Assembly: GCA_036918135.1 (NCBI GenBank)
Contig: JBALDB010000007.1
Location: forward strand, 96,001 to 160,000
Direction of reading: 5' to 3'
DNA length: 64,000 nucleotides
Origin: Nostoc sp.
Lineage (GTDB): Bacteria; Cyanobacteriota; Cyanobacteriia; Cyanobacteriales; Nostocaceae
Position numbers and translations under genes: made by a program. The notes below the pieces were generated by a model that saw only the letters and a list, made by a program, of their open reading frames with translations, was not told the DNA's origin and did not search any database. This document shows positions 41,752 to 52,091 of the stretch, one piece after another (the stretch's first letter is position 1; every line of letters begins with the position of its first letter).

Positions 41752-44700
41752 ATGAAACTTGAGAATCTTGAAGATATCTATGAACTTTCTCCCATGCAGC
41801 AAGGGATGCTTTTTCACAGCCTTTCTGCTCCTGAGTCTGGAGAGTATATTGAGCTTCTGAGCTGCGTTTTCAAGGGAAATTTAGATATATCGGCATTTAA
41901 ATTAGCTTGGCAACAGGTAGTAGAGCGGCATCCTGTTTGGCGTACTTGCTTCCACTGGGAGAATCTGGCAAAGCCAATTCAAGTGGTAAAGCGACAGGTA
42001 AACCTGCCTTGGGAGCAGCACGACTGGCGAGAACTGTCAACTTCCCAGCAGCAAGAGCAACTAGAAGCTTTACTGGAAGCAGAGCAGAAACGGGGCTTTG
42101 TACTTTCCCAAGCACCGCTGATGCGCCTTTACTTGATTGAGTTAGAGAAAGAATCCTACCAATTTATTTGGACTCACCATCATTTGCTAGTAGATGGCTG
42201 GTCAGTGTCTTTAGTGTTCAAGGAAGTTTTTGCCTTTTATCAAGCATTCAGTCGCAATCAAGACTTACACTTAGAGCTTAGCCGTCCTTATAGGGACTAT
42301 ATCGCTTGGTTGCAAGAGCAGGATTTGGCTAGTGCTGAGACGTTTTGGCGACAAACGCTCAAAGACTTTACAGCACCAACTCCTTTAGGTGTCGATACAG
42401 TAGTACCAAGTCGGTTCAATCAGACAAAGACCTACGAACATCAGCAACTCCAGCTATCAACAGCTATGACGGCAGCACTTTCCACACTTGCCCGACAGCA
42501 TCAACTGACTTTAAACACTATCATTCAAGGAGCTTGGGCTTTACTTCTGTGGCGGTACAGCGCTCAGACAGATGTCGTGTTTGGGGCGACTGTCTCCGGT
42601 CGCCCATCAACCTTACTTGGGGTGGAATCGATGGTGGGGCTATTTATTAATACCTTACCTGTACGAGTGCAAGTGTCACCCGAAACAGAGCTGATATCTT
42701 GGCTAAAGCAGTTGCAGGCGCAACAAGTAGAACTGCGACAGTATGAGTACAGCCCACTCGTACAGGTGCAGGGGTGGAGTGAGGTTCCACGAGGATTGCC
42801 TTTGTTTGAGAGCATCATAGTTTTTGAGAACTACCCGGTAGATGCTTCTTTAGAACAACATAGTAGCGATATAGACATTATTGATATACGCGGTATTGAG
42901 TTAACAAATTATCCACTCACTCTCGTGGTCGGCCCTAGCAGAGAATTATTTTTCAGATTCAGTTACGATTCCCGCTTTGAGGCTACTACAATCACGCGGA
43001 TGCTAGGACATTTCCAGACAATGCTTGAAGGTATGACGATGCCTCAGCAACGCCTGATGGACTTGCCACTGTTAACCGCAGCAGAACGCCAGCAGTTGTT
43101 AGTAGAGTGGAATAACCAAAAGGCATATCCTGATGAGAAATGCATTCATCAACTATTTGAAGCCCAGGTAGAGCTTACCCCTAATGCAGTAGCGGTGGTT
43201 TGTGAAGACCAAATGCTCACCTACTCCGAGCTAAACTCCCGTGCCAATTGTCTGGCACACTGCTTACGCTCTTTAGGAGTCAAGCAAGAAACTTTAGTAG
43301 GCATTTGTACTACGCGATCGCTCTCGATGATTGTGGGAATTCTCGGTATCCTCAAAGCGGGTGGAGCCTACGTACCCCTAGACCCAGCTTATCCCAAAGA
43401 CCGCCTAGCGTGGATACTCGAAGATTCACAGATATCAGTGCTGCTTACTCAACAGCAGCAAATAGCAGAATTACCGCCACATCAAGCGCAGGTTGTCTGT
43501 TTGGATACTGACGCTCTAGTAAATTTCCAAAACGTAACAAACCCTTCAGTTCCAATTACAGCCAATAATCTAGCCTATGCAATCTACACTTCCGGCTCTA
43601 CAGGCAAACCGAAAGGAATTGCGATCGCACATTACAGCGCAGTCACTTTTCTCAATTGGGCAATCCAACTATTGCCGCACAAAGAATTTGCTGGTGTTTT
43701 GGCATCGACTTCTATCTGCTTTGACATTTCGATTTTCGAGTTGTTTGCTCCTTTAAGCTGTGGTGGCAAAGTGATTTTAGTCGATAATATATTGCATCTA
43801 CCTGCAATAGCCGCTAGTCAACAAGTCACCCTCATCAATACAGTTCCTGCGGCAATGACAGAGTTATTGCAAGTTAACGATGTTCCAACTTCAGTGTCCA
43901 CGGTTTGCTTGGGAGGCGAACCCGTGTCAAATCAACTTGTACAGCAGCTTTATCAAAAGAATAATATTCAACAGGTTTTTAATCTTTACGGCCCTACTGA
44001 AGACACCGTCTACTCCACATTTGCATTAGTCGAGAAAGGAGCTACTTCTTCCCCAGCCATTGGTCGTCCGATTGCGAATACACAAATTTACATTCTTGAC
44101 CGTTATTTCCAGCCTGTACCTGTAGGTGTTGTAGGCGAACTTTACATTAGCGGTGCTGGTTTAGCTAGAGGATATCTTCGCCAACCCGAACTAACCGCCC
44201 AAAAGTTTATTCCCAATCCCTTTCTAAGAGGCAGGGAGCAGGGAGCAGGGGGCAGGGGGGAAGAAGACCAATTCTCTGATTTTGAACGCCTTTATAAAAC
44301 TGGGGATTTAGCTCGGTATTTGCACGATGGCAACATTCAATTTCTGGGTCGAAGCGATCGCCAAATTAAAATTCGTGGTTTCCGTATTGAACTGGGAGAA
44401 ATTGAGGCAGTACTAGGTCAACATCCTGCTGTACGGCAGACTATAGTCACAGATTGGCAGGAATCGGGCGATCGCTTGACAAATTCTCCAAACAATCCTC
44501 GCATTGTGGCTTATGTCGTTTTCAACCAAGAGGAAATCTCAACTCACGAGTTACGCGGCTTCCTCCAAGAAAAACTGCCCAATTACATGATACCTAGTCA
44601 TTTTGTAGTGCTAAAGACACTACCGCTCACACCCAATGGCAAGGTTAACCGCCGCGCATTGCCTGCGCCAGAAATTCGCCCAGACCTCGAAATTGCTTAT

Positions 44701-45036
44701 GTAATGCCGCAAACGAAGTTAGAACAAACAATCGCAACTGTTTGGCAAAAAGCTCTTAATTTAGAAAAAGTAGGTATACACGATAACTTTTTTGAATTAG
44801 GCGGTCATTCATTACTTATTATTCAGATTCATAGCCAATTGCGTGAAGTATTACAAACAGATTTTCCAATGCTCGAATTATTGAGATATCCAACTATCAG
44901 TTCTCTAGTAGATTACTTCAGTCGAATTAAAAATCAATCAACATCTTCTCAAAAAACTGATACGCAATCTGAAAAACTCAAATATGGCAAAGCTCGACTT
45001 AAACAACGCCGCGAACAAATACAGTTAAAAGATTGA
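41752..45036 (+). CDS. NRPS: C(DCL)-A(small residue, Ala-like)-PCP
   Basis: LSPMQQGMLFH and HHLLVDGWS (DCL type); A code DIFNCGLVYK, loosely like the Ala code DLFNNALTYK, so the substrate is uncertain; PCP GGHS. Confidence 0.93.
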   Translation: MKLENLEDIYELSPMQQGMLFHSLSAPESGEYIELLSCVFKGNLDISAFKLAWQQVVERHPVWRTCFHWENLAKPIQVVKRQVNLPWEQHDWRELSTSQQQEQLEALLEAEQKRGFVLSQAPLMRLYLIELEKESYQFIWTHHHLLVDGWSVSLVFKEVFAFYQAFSRNQDLHLELSRPYRDYIAWLQEQDLASAETFWRQTLKDFTAPTPLGVDTVVPSRFNQTKTYEHQQLQLSTAMTAALSTLARQHQLTLNTIIQGAWALLLWRYSAQTDVVFGATVSGRPSTLLGVESMVGLFINTLPVRVQVSPETELISWLKQLQAQQVELRQYEYSPLVQVQGWSEVPRGLPLFESIIVFENYPVDASLEQHSSDIDIIDIRGIELTNYPLTLVVGPSRELFFRFSYDSRFEATTITRMLGHFQTMLEGMTMPQQRLMDLPLLTAAERQQLLVEWNNQKAYPDEKCIHQLFEAQVELTPNAVAVVCEDQMLTYSELNSRANCLAHCLRSLGVKQETLVGICTTRSLSMIVGILGILKAGGAYVPLDPAYPKDRLAWILEDSQISVLLTQQQQIAELPPHQAQVVCLDTDALVNFQNVTNPSVPITANNLAYAIYTSGSTGKPKGIAIAHYSAVTFLNWAIQLLPHKEFAGVLASTSICFDISIFELFAPLSCGGKVILVDNILHLPAIAASQQVTLINTVPAAMTELLQVNDVPTSVSTVCLGGEPVSNQLVQQLYQKNNIQQVFNLYGPTEDTVYSTFALVEKGATSSPAIGRPIANTQIYILDRYFQPVPVGVVGELYISGAGLARGYLRQPELTAQKFIPNPFLRGREQGAGGRGEEDQFSDFERLYKTGDLARYLHDGNIQFLGRSDRQIKIRGFRIELGEIEAVLGQHPAVRQTIVTDWQESGDRLTNSPNNPRIVAYVVFNQEEISTHELRGFLQEKLPNYMIPSHFVVLKTLPLTPNGKVNRRALPAPEIRPDLEIAYVMPQTKLEQTIATVWQKALNLEKVGIHDNFFELGGHSLLIIQIHSQLREVLQTDFPMLELLRYPTISSLVDYFSRIKNQSTSSQKTDTQSEKLKYGKARLKQRREQIQLKD

Positions 45037-45155
45037 CCGAAAACAAAAAAGATACCAGCACCATTATTTATTTGTGGGGTTCTCCCCCTGCCCCCTTTCC
45101 TGTTTTTGACCGCATGACTGTCTTCTGCTAATTAATATAAGGAGTTAGAGCAATA

Positions 45156-48100
45156 ATGGATAATCCAGTAGCCTTTACTCACAACACTGGTTTAGAAATA
45201 GCAGTCATCGGTATGGCTGGTACTTTTCCTGGGTCTAAAAATATTGATGAATTTTGGCACAATCTCCAGAAAGGAGTAGAGACAATTTCTTTTTTCACTG
45301 ATGAGGAATTAGTGGCTTCTGGAATAGATCCAGATGTATTGAGTAAACCAAACTATGTTAAAGCATACGGAGCATTAAAGGATATAGAATTTTTTGACGC
45401 TTCATTTTTTGATTTCGATCGCAAAGAAGCAGAAATTACCGATCCGCAGCATCGTTTCTTTTTAGAATGCGCTTGGTCAGCCTTGGAAAATGCTGGCTAT
45501 GACTCTTTATCTTACAAAGGTTCAATTGGTATTTACGCTGGTGCCAGTCTTAGCCCCTATTTACTCAACCTTTATGCAAATCAAAATATTATCAATTCAT
45601 TTGGTGATTTAGAACTTGCAATTGGCAATGACAAAGATTTTCTCACTACACGCGTTTCTTACAAGCTGAATTTAGAAGGCCCCAGTTATACAGTTCAAGC
45701 TGCTTGCTCAACCTCATTAGTTGCTGTGCATTTAGCCTGCCAAAGCTTGCTAAGTGGTGAGTGTGATATGGCTTTGGCTGGTGGCGTTTCCATAACTTTG
45801 TACCGAAAAGAAGGCTATTTTTATCAACAAGGGGGAGTTGGTTCTCCAGATGGACATTGCCGTGCCTTTGATGCTAAAGCACAGGGAACAATCGGTGGCG
45901 ATGGTGTCGGTATTGTAGTATTAAAACGATTGGAAGATGCTCTGGCAGATAAAGACAATATCTATGCTGTTATCAAAGGTTCCGCAGTTAATAACGATGG
46001 TTCGTTTAAACTAAGCTATACAGCTCCTCGTATAGATGCTCAAGCGAAGGTGATTAGAGCAGCTCAACTTACGGCTGAGGTTGAACCTGAGACAATTACA
46101 TATATTGAGGCTCACGGAACAGCAACTCCTTTAGGAGATCCTATGGAAGTAGCAGCCTTAAAACAAGCGTTCTCGCTGCATACAGACAAAAAAGGCTTTT
46201 GCGCTCTTGGTTCGGTAAAAACTAATGTCGGTCATTTAGATACGGCAGCCGGTGTTGCAGGCTTAATCAAAACTATCCTTGCCCTGAAATATAAGTTATT
46301 GCCACCAAGCTTGCACTTTGAAGAACCATCACCTCAAATTGACTTTGCTAATAGCGCCTTCTACGTAAATACCGAGCTATCACAATGGAAGCTTGATAAA
46401 GGTCTTCGGCGTGCAGGGGTTAGTTCTTTTGGGATTGGCGGTACTAATGCACATGTAATTTTAGAAGAAGCACCTGTATTTGAGCAGGGAGCAGGGAGCA
46501 GGGAGCAAGGGAGAAATTATCACTTGTTGGTACTTTCTGCTAAGACAAGCTCGGCACTGGAAAATATTGCAGTCAATTTAGCTACTCACCTCAAGCAAAA
46601 CCCGACATTAAATCTGGCTGATGTGGCTCACACACTCCAAGTAGGTCGCCGCGCTTTCAACCATCGCCGGATATTACTTTGCCGAGATTTAGATGATGCA
46701 GTGCGGGGACTAGATTCTGCAAATCCTCAACAATTGACCAACTTTCAAGAGCCTTGTCATCGACCTATCGTATTTATCTTTCCTGGGGACGAGGTGTTAG
46801 ATGTAAATACAACTTTGGAGTTATATCAACATGAGCCAATATTTCGCTACTGGGTTGATTCTTGTTCTGAAATAATAGAATCTTATCAGGAACTAGATTT
46901 ACGTAAAATACTCTATCCCAACCTAGAACAGGCCCAAAAAGCTGCACATTTGTTACAACATCAAATTACCCAGCTAGCATTGTTTGTGATTGAATACGCT
47001 TTAGCGCAGCTATGGCTGTCTTGGGGCGTGCGCCCTGAATCTATGGTTGGTTACGGTACTGGGGAGTATGTAGCTGCCTGTCTTTCTGGTGTATTTTCCT
47101 TAGAAGATGCCATAGTACAAGTAGCTGCTCGCGGGCAATTGTTGCAGAAGATGCCATTGGGAGCAACCTTTTATCTTCCACTTCTAGAGTACTATATTGA
47201 GCAAGTCGAAAAAATTGAATTGAATTCGCCTCAAATTCCTTTTATTTCTAATGCAACAGGAACTTGGATTACTGCAACTGAAGCAACAGACCCAAGCTAC
47301 TGGTCAAAGCATCTCAAGCAAACAGCAAGCTTTGCAAACGGCATTGCTGAGTTAATCAAACCAAATTACATTTTGTTAGAGGTTGGTTATGGAAAAACAT
47401 CGAGCGTAGCTTACAGGCATCTAGAAAATACTACGGCTTTGAGTTCGCTTCCCGATTCAAAAGACCAATCGGATATAGCATTCTTGTTGAAGACGTTAGG
47501 GCAACTCTGGCTTTTGGGAGTTCAAGTAGACTGGTCTGGTTTTTATGCCCACGAGCAACGTCACCGGATTCCGTTGCCAACTTATCCTTTCGAGCGTCAA
47601 CGTTATTGGATTGACCAACAACCAAACTCTGTACCTGTTACTAAACAAGAAATACATAAAAAATCAAATATTGCAGATTGGTTTTACATTCCTTTATGGA
47701 AACAATCTAAACTTATTGAAACTTTTGCAGAAGAAAAGACACAAGCTCAAAAGACTTGTTGGCTGGTTTTTGTTGATGGGTGTGGGTTGGGAAAACAATT
47801 AGCAAAACGACTCGAACAACAAAATCATCATGCGATCGCAGTGATGGAGGGAGAGCAGTTTGCTAGACTCAGCGATGGTGCATATACAATCAATCCCCAG
47901 CAACCAGATAACTATGAAGCCTTAATCCAAGAACTACGCCAATTAAATCGCATACCAGACGCGATCGCTCATTTATGGAATGTAACACCGGATGAGCGAT
48001 CGTACTCACCGCAGTACTTTGAAAACAGCCAGTATTTAGGCTTTTACAGCCTACTATTTTTAGCTCAAGCGTTAGACAAACAAAATATAACTCATCCTCT

Positions 48101-50354
48101 ACAAATTATTACAGTAACGAATAATTTGCATGAGGTGACAGGTGAAGAAAGTTTAATTCCAGAAAAAGCAACTTTACTAGGGCCATGTAAAGTTATTGGG
48201 CAGGAATATCCGAATATAGTTTGCCGAAGTGTTGATGTTGTTATTCCTGCTGCAACTGAAAACGAAAAGTTTGTAGACAATTTCCTAGAAGAATTTACAG
48301 CTAAAACCGATGACTTAATAATTGCATATCGTGGTAATCATCGCTGGATTCAAAATTGGGAACCAGTCCAGCTAGATGCAGTTATTGAAGAAAAAATCAA
48401 GTTGAGAGAAGGAGGAGTTTATTTAATAACTGGTGGTTTAGGACGTATTGGCTTTATTTTAGCAGAATACTTAGCCAAGACATTCAAAGCCAAGTTAATA
48501 TTGCTAGGACGCTCCAGTATCCCTAATAAAGAAAATTGGTCGGAATGGATAGCGACTCACGGTAATGAGAACACAACAAGTCGTAAGATTCAGAAAGTAC
48601 AAACTTTGTCAGAATTAGGTGCTGAGGTTTTGGTCATTAGTGCTGATGTTGCTAACTTAGAACAAATGCAAGTAGCAATAACTCAGGCATCTGAACGCTT
48701 TGGCGAAATCAATGGTGTAATTCATGCAGCGGGAATTGTCGAAGATAATGCACTTCACCTGATTCAAGAAACAGGTAAAGCTGAATCGGAAATACATTTT
48801 CAGCCTAAAGTGCATGGTTTATTTGTTCTAGAAAAAGTTTTGCACGGGAAAGAAATTGATTTTTGTCTTTTACTATCCTCTATATCCTGCATTTTAGGAG
48901 GATTAGGATTTGTAGCCTATTCGGCGGCAAACCTTTTTATGGATGCTTTCGCTAATAAACAAAATCAAACAAAAACTATACCTTGGATTAGCTTAAATTG
49001 GGACGGTTGGCTACTCGAAAAAGAACAACAGCTAGATACAGACAATAAATCAACTTTGGCCGAATTATTTATTACACCTACAGAAAGTTTAGAAGTCTTT
49101 AAACGCGTTCTCTCCGTAAAAAAGCTAACTCAAATTGCTACTTCACTTGGAGATTTACAAGATAGAATTAATCAGTGGATCAAGCTGGAATCAATACGAA
49201 ATTCTGAACCTACACAAGATACAGAAAGTTCAATAAAGAAAGATTCACGCCCACTGCGCCCAAGAGCAAATTTGCCAACTGCTTATGTCGCTCCCCGTAC
49301 TCCTGTTGAACTCGCGGTTGCCAATATATGGCAACAACTCTTAGGTGTTGAGCGTGTAGGAATTCATGACAACTACTTTGAATTGGGGGGTCACTCCCTG
49401 ATAGCTGTGCGTCTGATGGCTCAGATTCAGCGAAAATTTAGTCAGAATCTGCCTTTAGCTACTCTATTCCAAGCTCCTACAGTTGAAAAGCTAGCTAGTA
49501 CTCTCCAGCAAACAGTAGATTCTCGACCTTGGTCTCCTTTGGTAGAAATTCAGCCTCGTGGTTCAAAGCGACCTTTGTTTTGCTTACCAGGGGGCGGTGG
49601 AAATGTGCTTTACTTTTACGATTTAGCAAATTATCTAGGATTAGACCAACCATTCTACGGTTTACAAGCACCAGGTCTTGATGGAAAAACCGCAGCACAC
49701 GCACGCATTCAAGATATGGCAGTTGACTACATCAAAGCTATACAAGTTGTGCAACCAGAAGGCCCATACCTTCTGGGAGGTCATTCTTTTGGCGGTCGTG
49801 TGGCTTTTGAAATCGCCCTACAGTTGCAACAGCAAGGTCAAGAGGTTGCCCTGCTGGCGATTTTTGACACTTTTGCACCAATTCCTGACAACATTGTGGA
49901 AATCTATAAGGATGATACTCAATACTTAATTGAGATGATAAATATGGTAGAAGGATTTTTTAGCAAGAATTTATTTATATCAGAAGATACTCTGAGAACG
50001 TTAACGCCAGATGAGCAGTTAAACTACTTTTTTGAGCGGTTAAAAATTGCTGACATCTTACCTCCACAGGCTACTTTAGAACAAGTAAATGGGTTTTTAG
50101 AAGTTTATAAAGCTAACACTAAAGCTCATTATGCTTATATGCCACAGGAAGTTTATCGCAATCAAATTACTGTTTTTCAGGCAAAAGAAGAGGTCTGCAA
50201 TAATCCATTGATGGGTTGGGATAAGTACTCTTTAAAATCAGTAGAGACTTATGAAGTCCCAGGCGAACACATTACGATGTTAGCAGAACCTCATGTTCGG
50301 GTTTTGGCAAAACATTTAAAAGTTTGTCTCGAACAAGCACAGGCAAATGGTTGA
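45156..50354 (+). CDS. Terminal PKS module KS-AT(inactive)-KR-ACP-TE
   Basis: KS QAACSTS; AT active site reads GYGTG (no Ser) and the HAFH-containing segment is deleted; KR GGLGRIG and YSAAN; ACP GGHS; TE GHSFG. Confidence 0.94.
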   Translation: MDNPVAFTHNTGLEIAVIGMAGTFPGSKNIDEFWHNLQKGVETISFFTDEELVASGIDPDVLSKPNYVKAYGALKDIEFFDASFFDFDRKEAEITDPQHRFFLECAWSALENAGYDSLSYKGSIGIYAGASLSPYLLNLYANQNIINSFGDLELAIGNDKDFLTTRVSYKLNLEGPSYTVQAACSTSLVAVHLACQSLLSGECDMALAGGVSITLYRKEGYFYQQGGVGSPDGHCRAFDAKAQGTIGGDGVGIVVLKRLEDALADKDNIYAVIKGSAVNNDGSFKLSYTAPRIDAQAKVIRAAQLTAEVEPETITYIEAHGTATPLGDPMEVAALKQAFSLHTDKKGFCALGSVKTNVGHLDTAAGVAGLIKTILALKYKLLPPSLHFEEPSPQIDFANSAFYVNTELSQWKLDKGLRRAGVSSFGIGGTNAHVILEEAPVFEQGAGSREQGRNYHLLVLSAKTSSALENIAVNLATHLKQNPTLNLADVAHTLQVGRRAFNHRRILLCRDLDDAVRGLDSANPQQLTNFQEPCHRPIVFIFPGDEVLDVNTTLELYQHEPIFRYWVDSCSEIIESYQELDLRKILYPNLEQAQKAAHLLQHQITQLALFVIEYALAQLWLSWGVRPESMVGYGTGEYVAACLSGVFSLEDAIVQVAARGQLLQKMPLGATFYLPLLEYYIEQVEKIELNSPQIPFISNATGTWITATEATDPSYWSKHLKQTASFANGIAELIKPNYILLEVGYGKTSSVAYRHLENTTALSSLPDSKDQSDIAFLLKTLGQLWLLGVQVDWSGFYAHEQRHRIPLPTYPFERQRYWIDQQPNSVPVTKQEIHKKSNIADWFYIPLWKQSKLIETFAEEKTQAQKTCWLVFVDGCGLGKQLAKRLEQQNHHAIAVMEGEQFARLSDGAYTINPQQPDNYEALIQELRQLNRIPDAIAHLWNVTPDERSYSPQYFENSQYLGFYSLLFLAQALDKQNITHPLQIITVTNNLHEVTGEESLIPEKATLLGPCKVIGQEYPNIVCRSVDVVIPAATENEKFVDNFLEEFTAKTDDLIIAYRGNHRWIQNWEPVQLDAVIEEKIKLREGGVYLITGGLGRIGFILAEYLAKTFKAKLILLGRSSIPNKENWSEWIATHGNENTTSRKIQKVQTLSELGAEVLVISADVANLEQMQVAITQASERFGEINGVIHAAGIVEDNALHLIQETGKAESEIHFQPKVHGLFVLEKVLHGKEIDFCLLLSSISCILGGLGFVAYSAANLFMDAFANKQNQTKTIPWISLNWDGWLLEKEQQLDTDNKSTLAELFITPTESLEVFKRVLSVKKLTQIATSLGDLQDRINQWIKLESIRNSEPTQDTESSIKKDSRPLRPRANLPTAYVAPRTPVELAVANIWQQLLGVERVGIHDNYFELGGHSLIAVRLMAQIQRKFSQNLPLATLFQAPTVEKLASTLQQTVDSRPWSPLVEIQPRGSKRPLFCLPGGGGNVLYFYDLANYLGLDQPFYGLQAPGLDGKTAAHARIQDMAVDYIKAIQVVQPEGPYLLGGHSFGGRVAFEIALQLQQQGQEVALLAIFDTFAPIPDNIVEIYKDDTQYLIEMINMVEGFFSKNLFISEDTLRTLTPDEQLNYFFERLKIADILPPQATLEQVNGFLEVYKANTKAHYAYMPQEVYRNQITVFQAKEEVCNNPLMGWDKYSLKSVETYEVPGEHITMLAEPHVRVLAKHLKVCLEQAQANG

Positions 50355-51672
50355 AGAAAATTATGCCAAACAAAACCTTAACCTTCAGGGAATTTGGGTT
50401 TTCATCTCCATCTGGTTTGGACAATTGGTATCAGTCATTGGCTCTGGTGTGACTGACTTTGCACTAGGTATATGGGTGTACCAGCAGACAGGATCGGTGA
50501 CACAGTTAGCTTTTATTTCTTTGTCAACAACTCTACCGTCTGTAATAATTTCTCCACTAGCGGGTGTGTTTGTAGATCGCTGGAACCGTCGATGGATAAT
50601 GCTTATCAGCGATTTGGTTGCAGGTTTAACGACAGGCTTGCTGGCGCTGATGCTCTTTGTCGGCAACCTTGAAATCTGGCATATTTATTTAGCGACAGCT
50701 GTTCATTCCATCTGTGCTAGCTTCCAAGCACCAGCTTATATGACAGCTATGACATTGTTGGTTCCCAAGCAACAACTGACTAGAGTCAATGGTCTAGTTC
50801 ATCTTGGACAATCTATGACTCGGTTGATATGCCCGATACTAGCAGGTTTATTGATAGCGATCGTTAAAATTCAGGGCATTCTTCTGTTCGACTTAGCTAC
50901 CTTTGTCTTTGCCTTACTCATACTGTTATACATTCGATTCCCCAAATCTGAGATTGCAGATCGTGCAAATGTTACGACAAAAAACTCGCTATTAATTGAA
51001 GTTGTAGAGGGTTGGAAATACATCAAAGCCAAACCAGGAATTTTAGGGTTAATGGTATTTATAGGTGTTATCAACTTTATGTTTGGCACAGTTGAAGTAC
51101 TAGGTGTCCCTTTAATACTTTCGTTTGCTTCAGCTACAGTGGTAGGAATTTTAACATCTGTTGGTGGTAGTGGTATGTTGTTCGGTAGTTTAGCTGTGAG
51201 TATTTGGGGAGGATCGCAACGCAGCATCAACAATTTGTTTTGTTTTATGTTGTTGAACGGGCTGTGTATTGCAGTTATTGGGCTAAAACCTAATGTTTGG
51301 CTTATTGGTGTCGCCGCCTTTCTCTTCTTTTTCGGCTTGCCAATTATTAACAGCTCAATTTATGTCATCCTTCAAAGAAAAGTCATGCTCAATATTCAGG
51401 GAAGAGTCTTCGCTTTGACAGGAATGATTTCTATGTCTTGCCTACCCCTTGCTTATCTGCTTGCAGGGCCTTTAGCCGACCATGTTTTCAAGCCCCTAAT
51501 GGCTCCAGGTGGTCTATTGGCTGGAAGCTTGGGACAAGTTATCGGTGTCGGATCGGGACGCGGTATTGGTCTGATGTTTATAGTTATGGGAGTGTTGACT
51601 GCGATCGCCACAATTGTTGCTTACCAATATCGTCCTCTTAGATTTATAGAGAAAGATTTACCAGATATATAG
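50347..51672 (+). CDS. MFS exporter (DHA3/macrolide-efflux-like)
   Basis: About 12 hydrophobic segments, GVFVDRWNRR motif A and QGRVF. Overlaps the TE gene stop codon. Confidence 0.9.
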   Translation: MVEENYAKQNLNLQGIWVFISIWFGQLVSVIGSGVTDFALGIWVYQQTGSVTQLAFISLSTTLPSVIISPLAGVFVDRWNRRWIMLISDLVAGLTTGLLALMLFVGNLEIWHIYLATAVHSICASFQAPAYMTAMTLLVPKQQLTRVNGLVHLGQSMTRLICPILAGLLIAIVKIQGILLFDLATFVFALLILLYIRFPKSEIADRANVTTKNSLLIEVVEGWKYIKAKPGILGLMVFIGVINFMFGTVEVLGVPLILSFASATVVGILTSVGGSGMLFGSLAVSIWGGSQRSINNLFCFMLLNGLCIAVIGLKPNVWLIGVAAFLFFFGLPIINSSIYVILQRKVMLNIQGRVFALTGMISMSCLPLAYLLAGPLADHVFKPLMAPGGLLAGSLGQVIGVGSGRGIGLMFIVMGVLTAIATIVAYQYRPLRFIEKDLPDI

Positions 51673-51726
51673 ACTCTTGCTTTCTAGAAATAAACACATC
51701 ATTCATAAAAATCTTAGGAGACAACC

Positions 51727-51954
51727 ATGAATACAAATGAACAAGACACAACAATTTACAAAGTAGTTATAAATCACGAACAGCAGTATTCTATCTGGCC
51801 TGCCGAACGAGAAAATGCTCTTGGCTGGCACGATGCAGGTAAAAGCGGTTCTAAGGAAGAATGTTTAGCATACATTAAGGAAGTATGGACTGACATGAGA
51901 CCGTTGAGCCTGCAGAAGACAATGGAGGAGTCAGCACGTAAGGCATACTCGTAG
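51727..51954 (+). CDS. mbtH: MbtH-like protein
   Basis: NHEQQYSIWP...GW...CLAYIKEVWTDMRPLSL; AGGAG RBS upstream. Confidence 0.96.
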   Translation: MNTNEQDTTIYKVVINHEQQYSIWPAERENALGWHDAGKSGSKEECLAYIKEVWTDMRPLSLQKTMEESARKAYS

Positions 51955-51965
51955 CTTCAATCATC

Positions 51966-52030
51966 GTAGGGCGGGCAATACCTACAACCTAGAAATAAGG
52001 ATTTTAGTGGGTAAGCAGTGTCCACCCTAC
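51966..52030. repeat. GTAG-type REP pair / hairpin between mbtH and the extender cassette
   Basis: gtagggcgggca...tgtccaccctac inverted ends. Confidence 0.6.
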
Positions 52031-52091
52031 AAAAATAGATACTATTCAAGCTAATTATTTTTTCTGTTGAAATATACCCTCACAATAAATT

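Noticed and set aside
16003..50354. Assignment to microcystin/nodularin, puwainaphycin or microginin
   Set aside because: Only the AMT(-MOX) module type is shared. Module count, A-domain codes, the TauD pair and the FkbH cassette do not fit those pathways as I know them.
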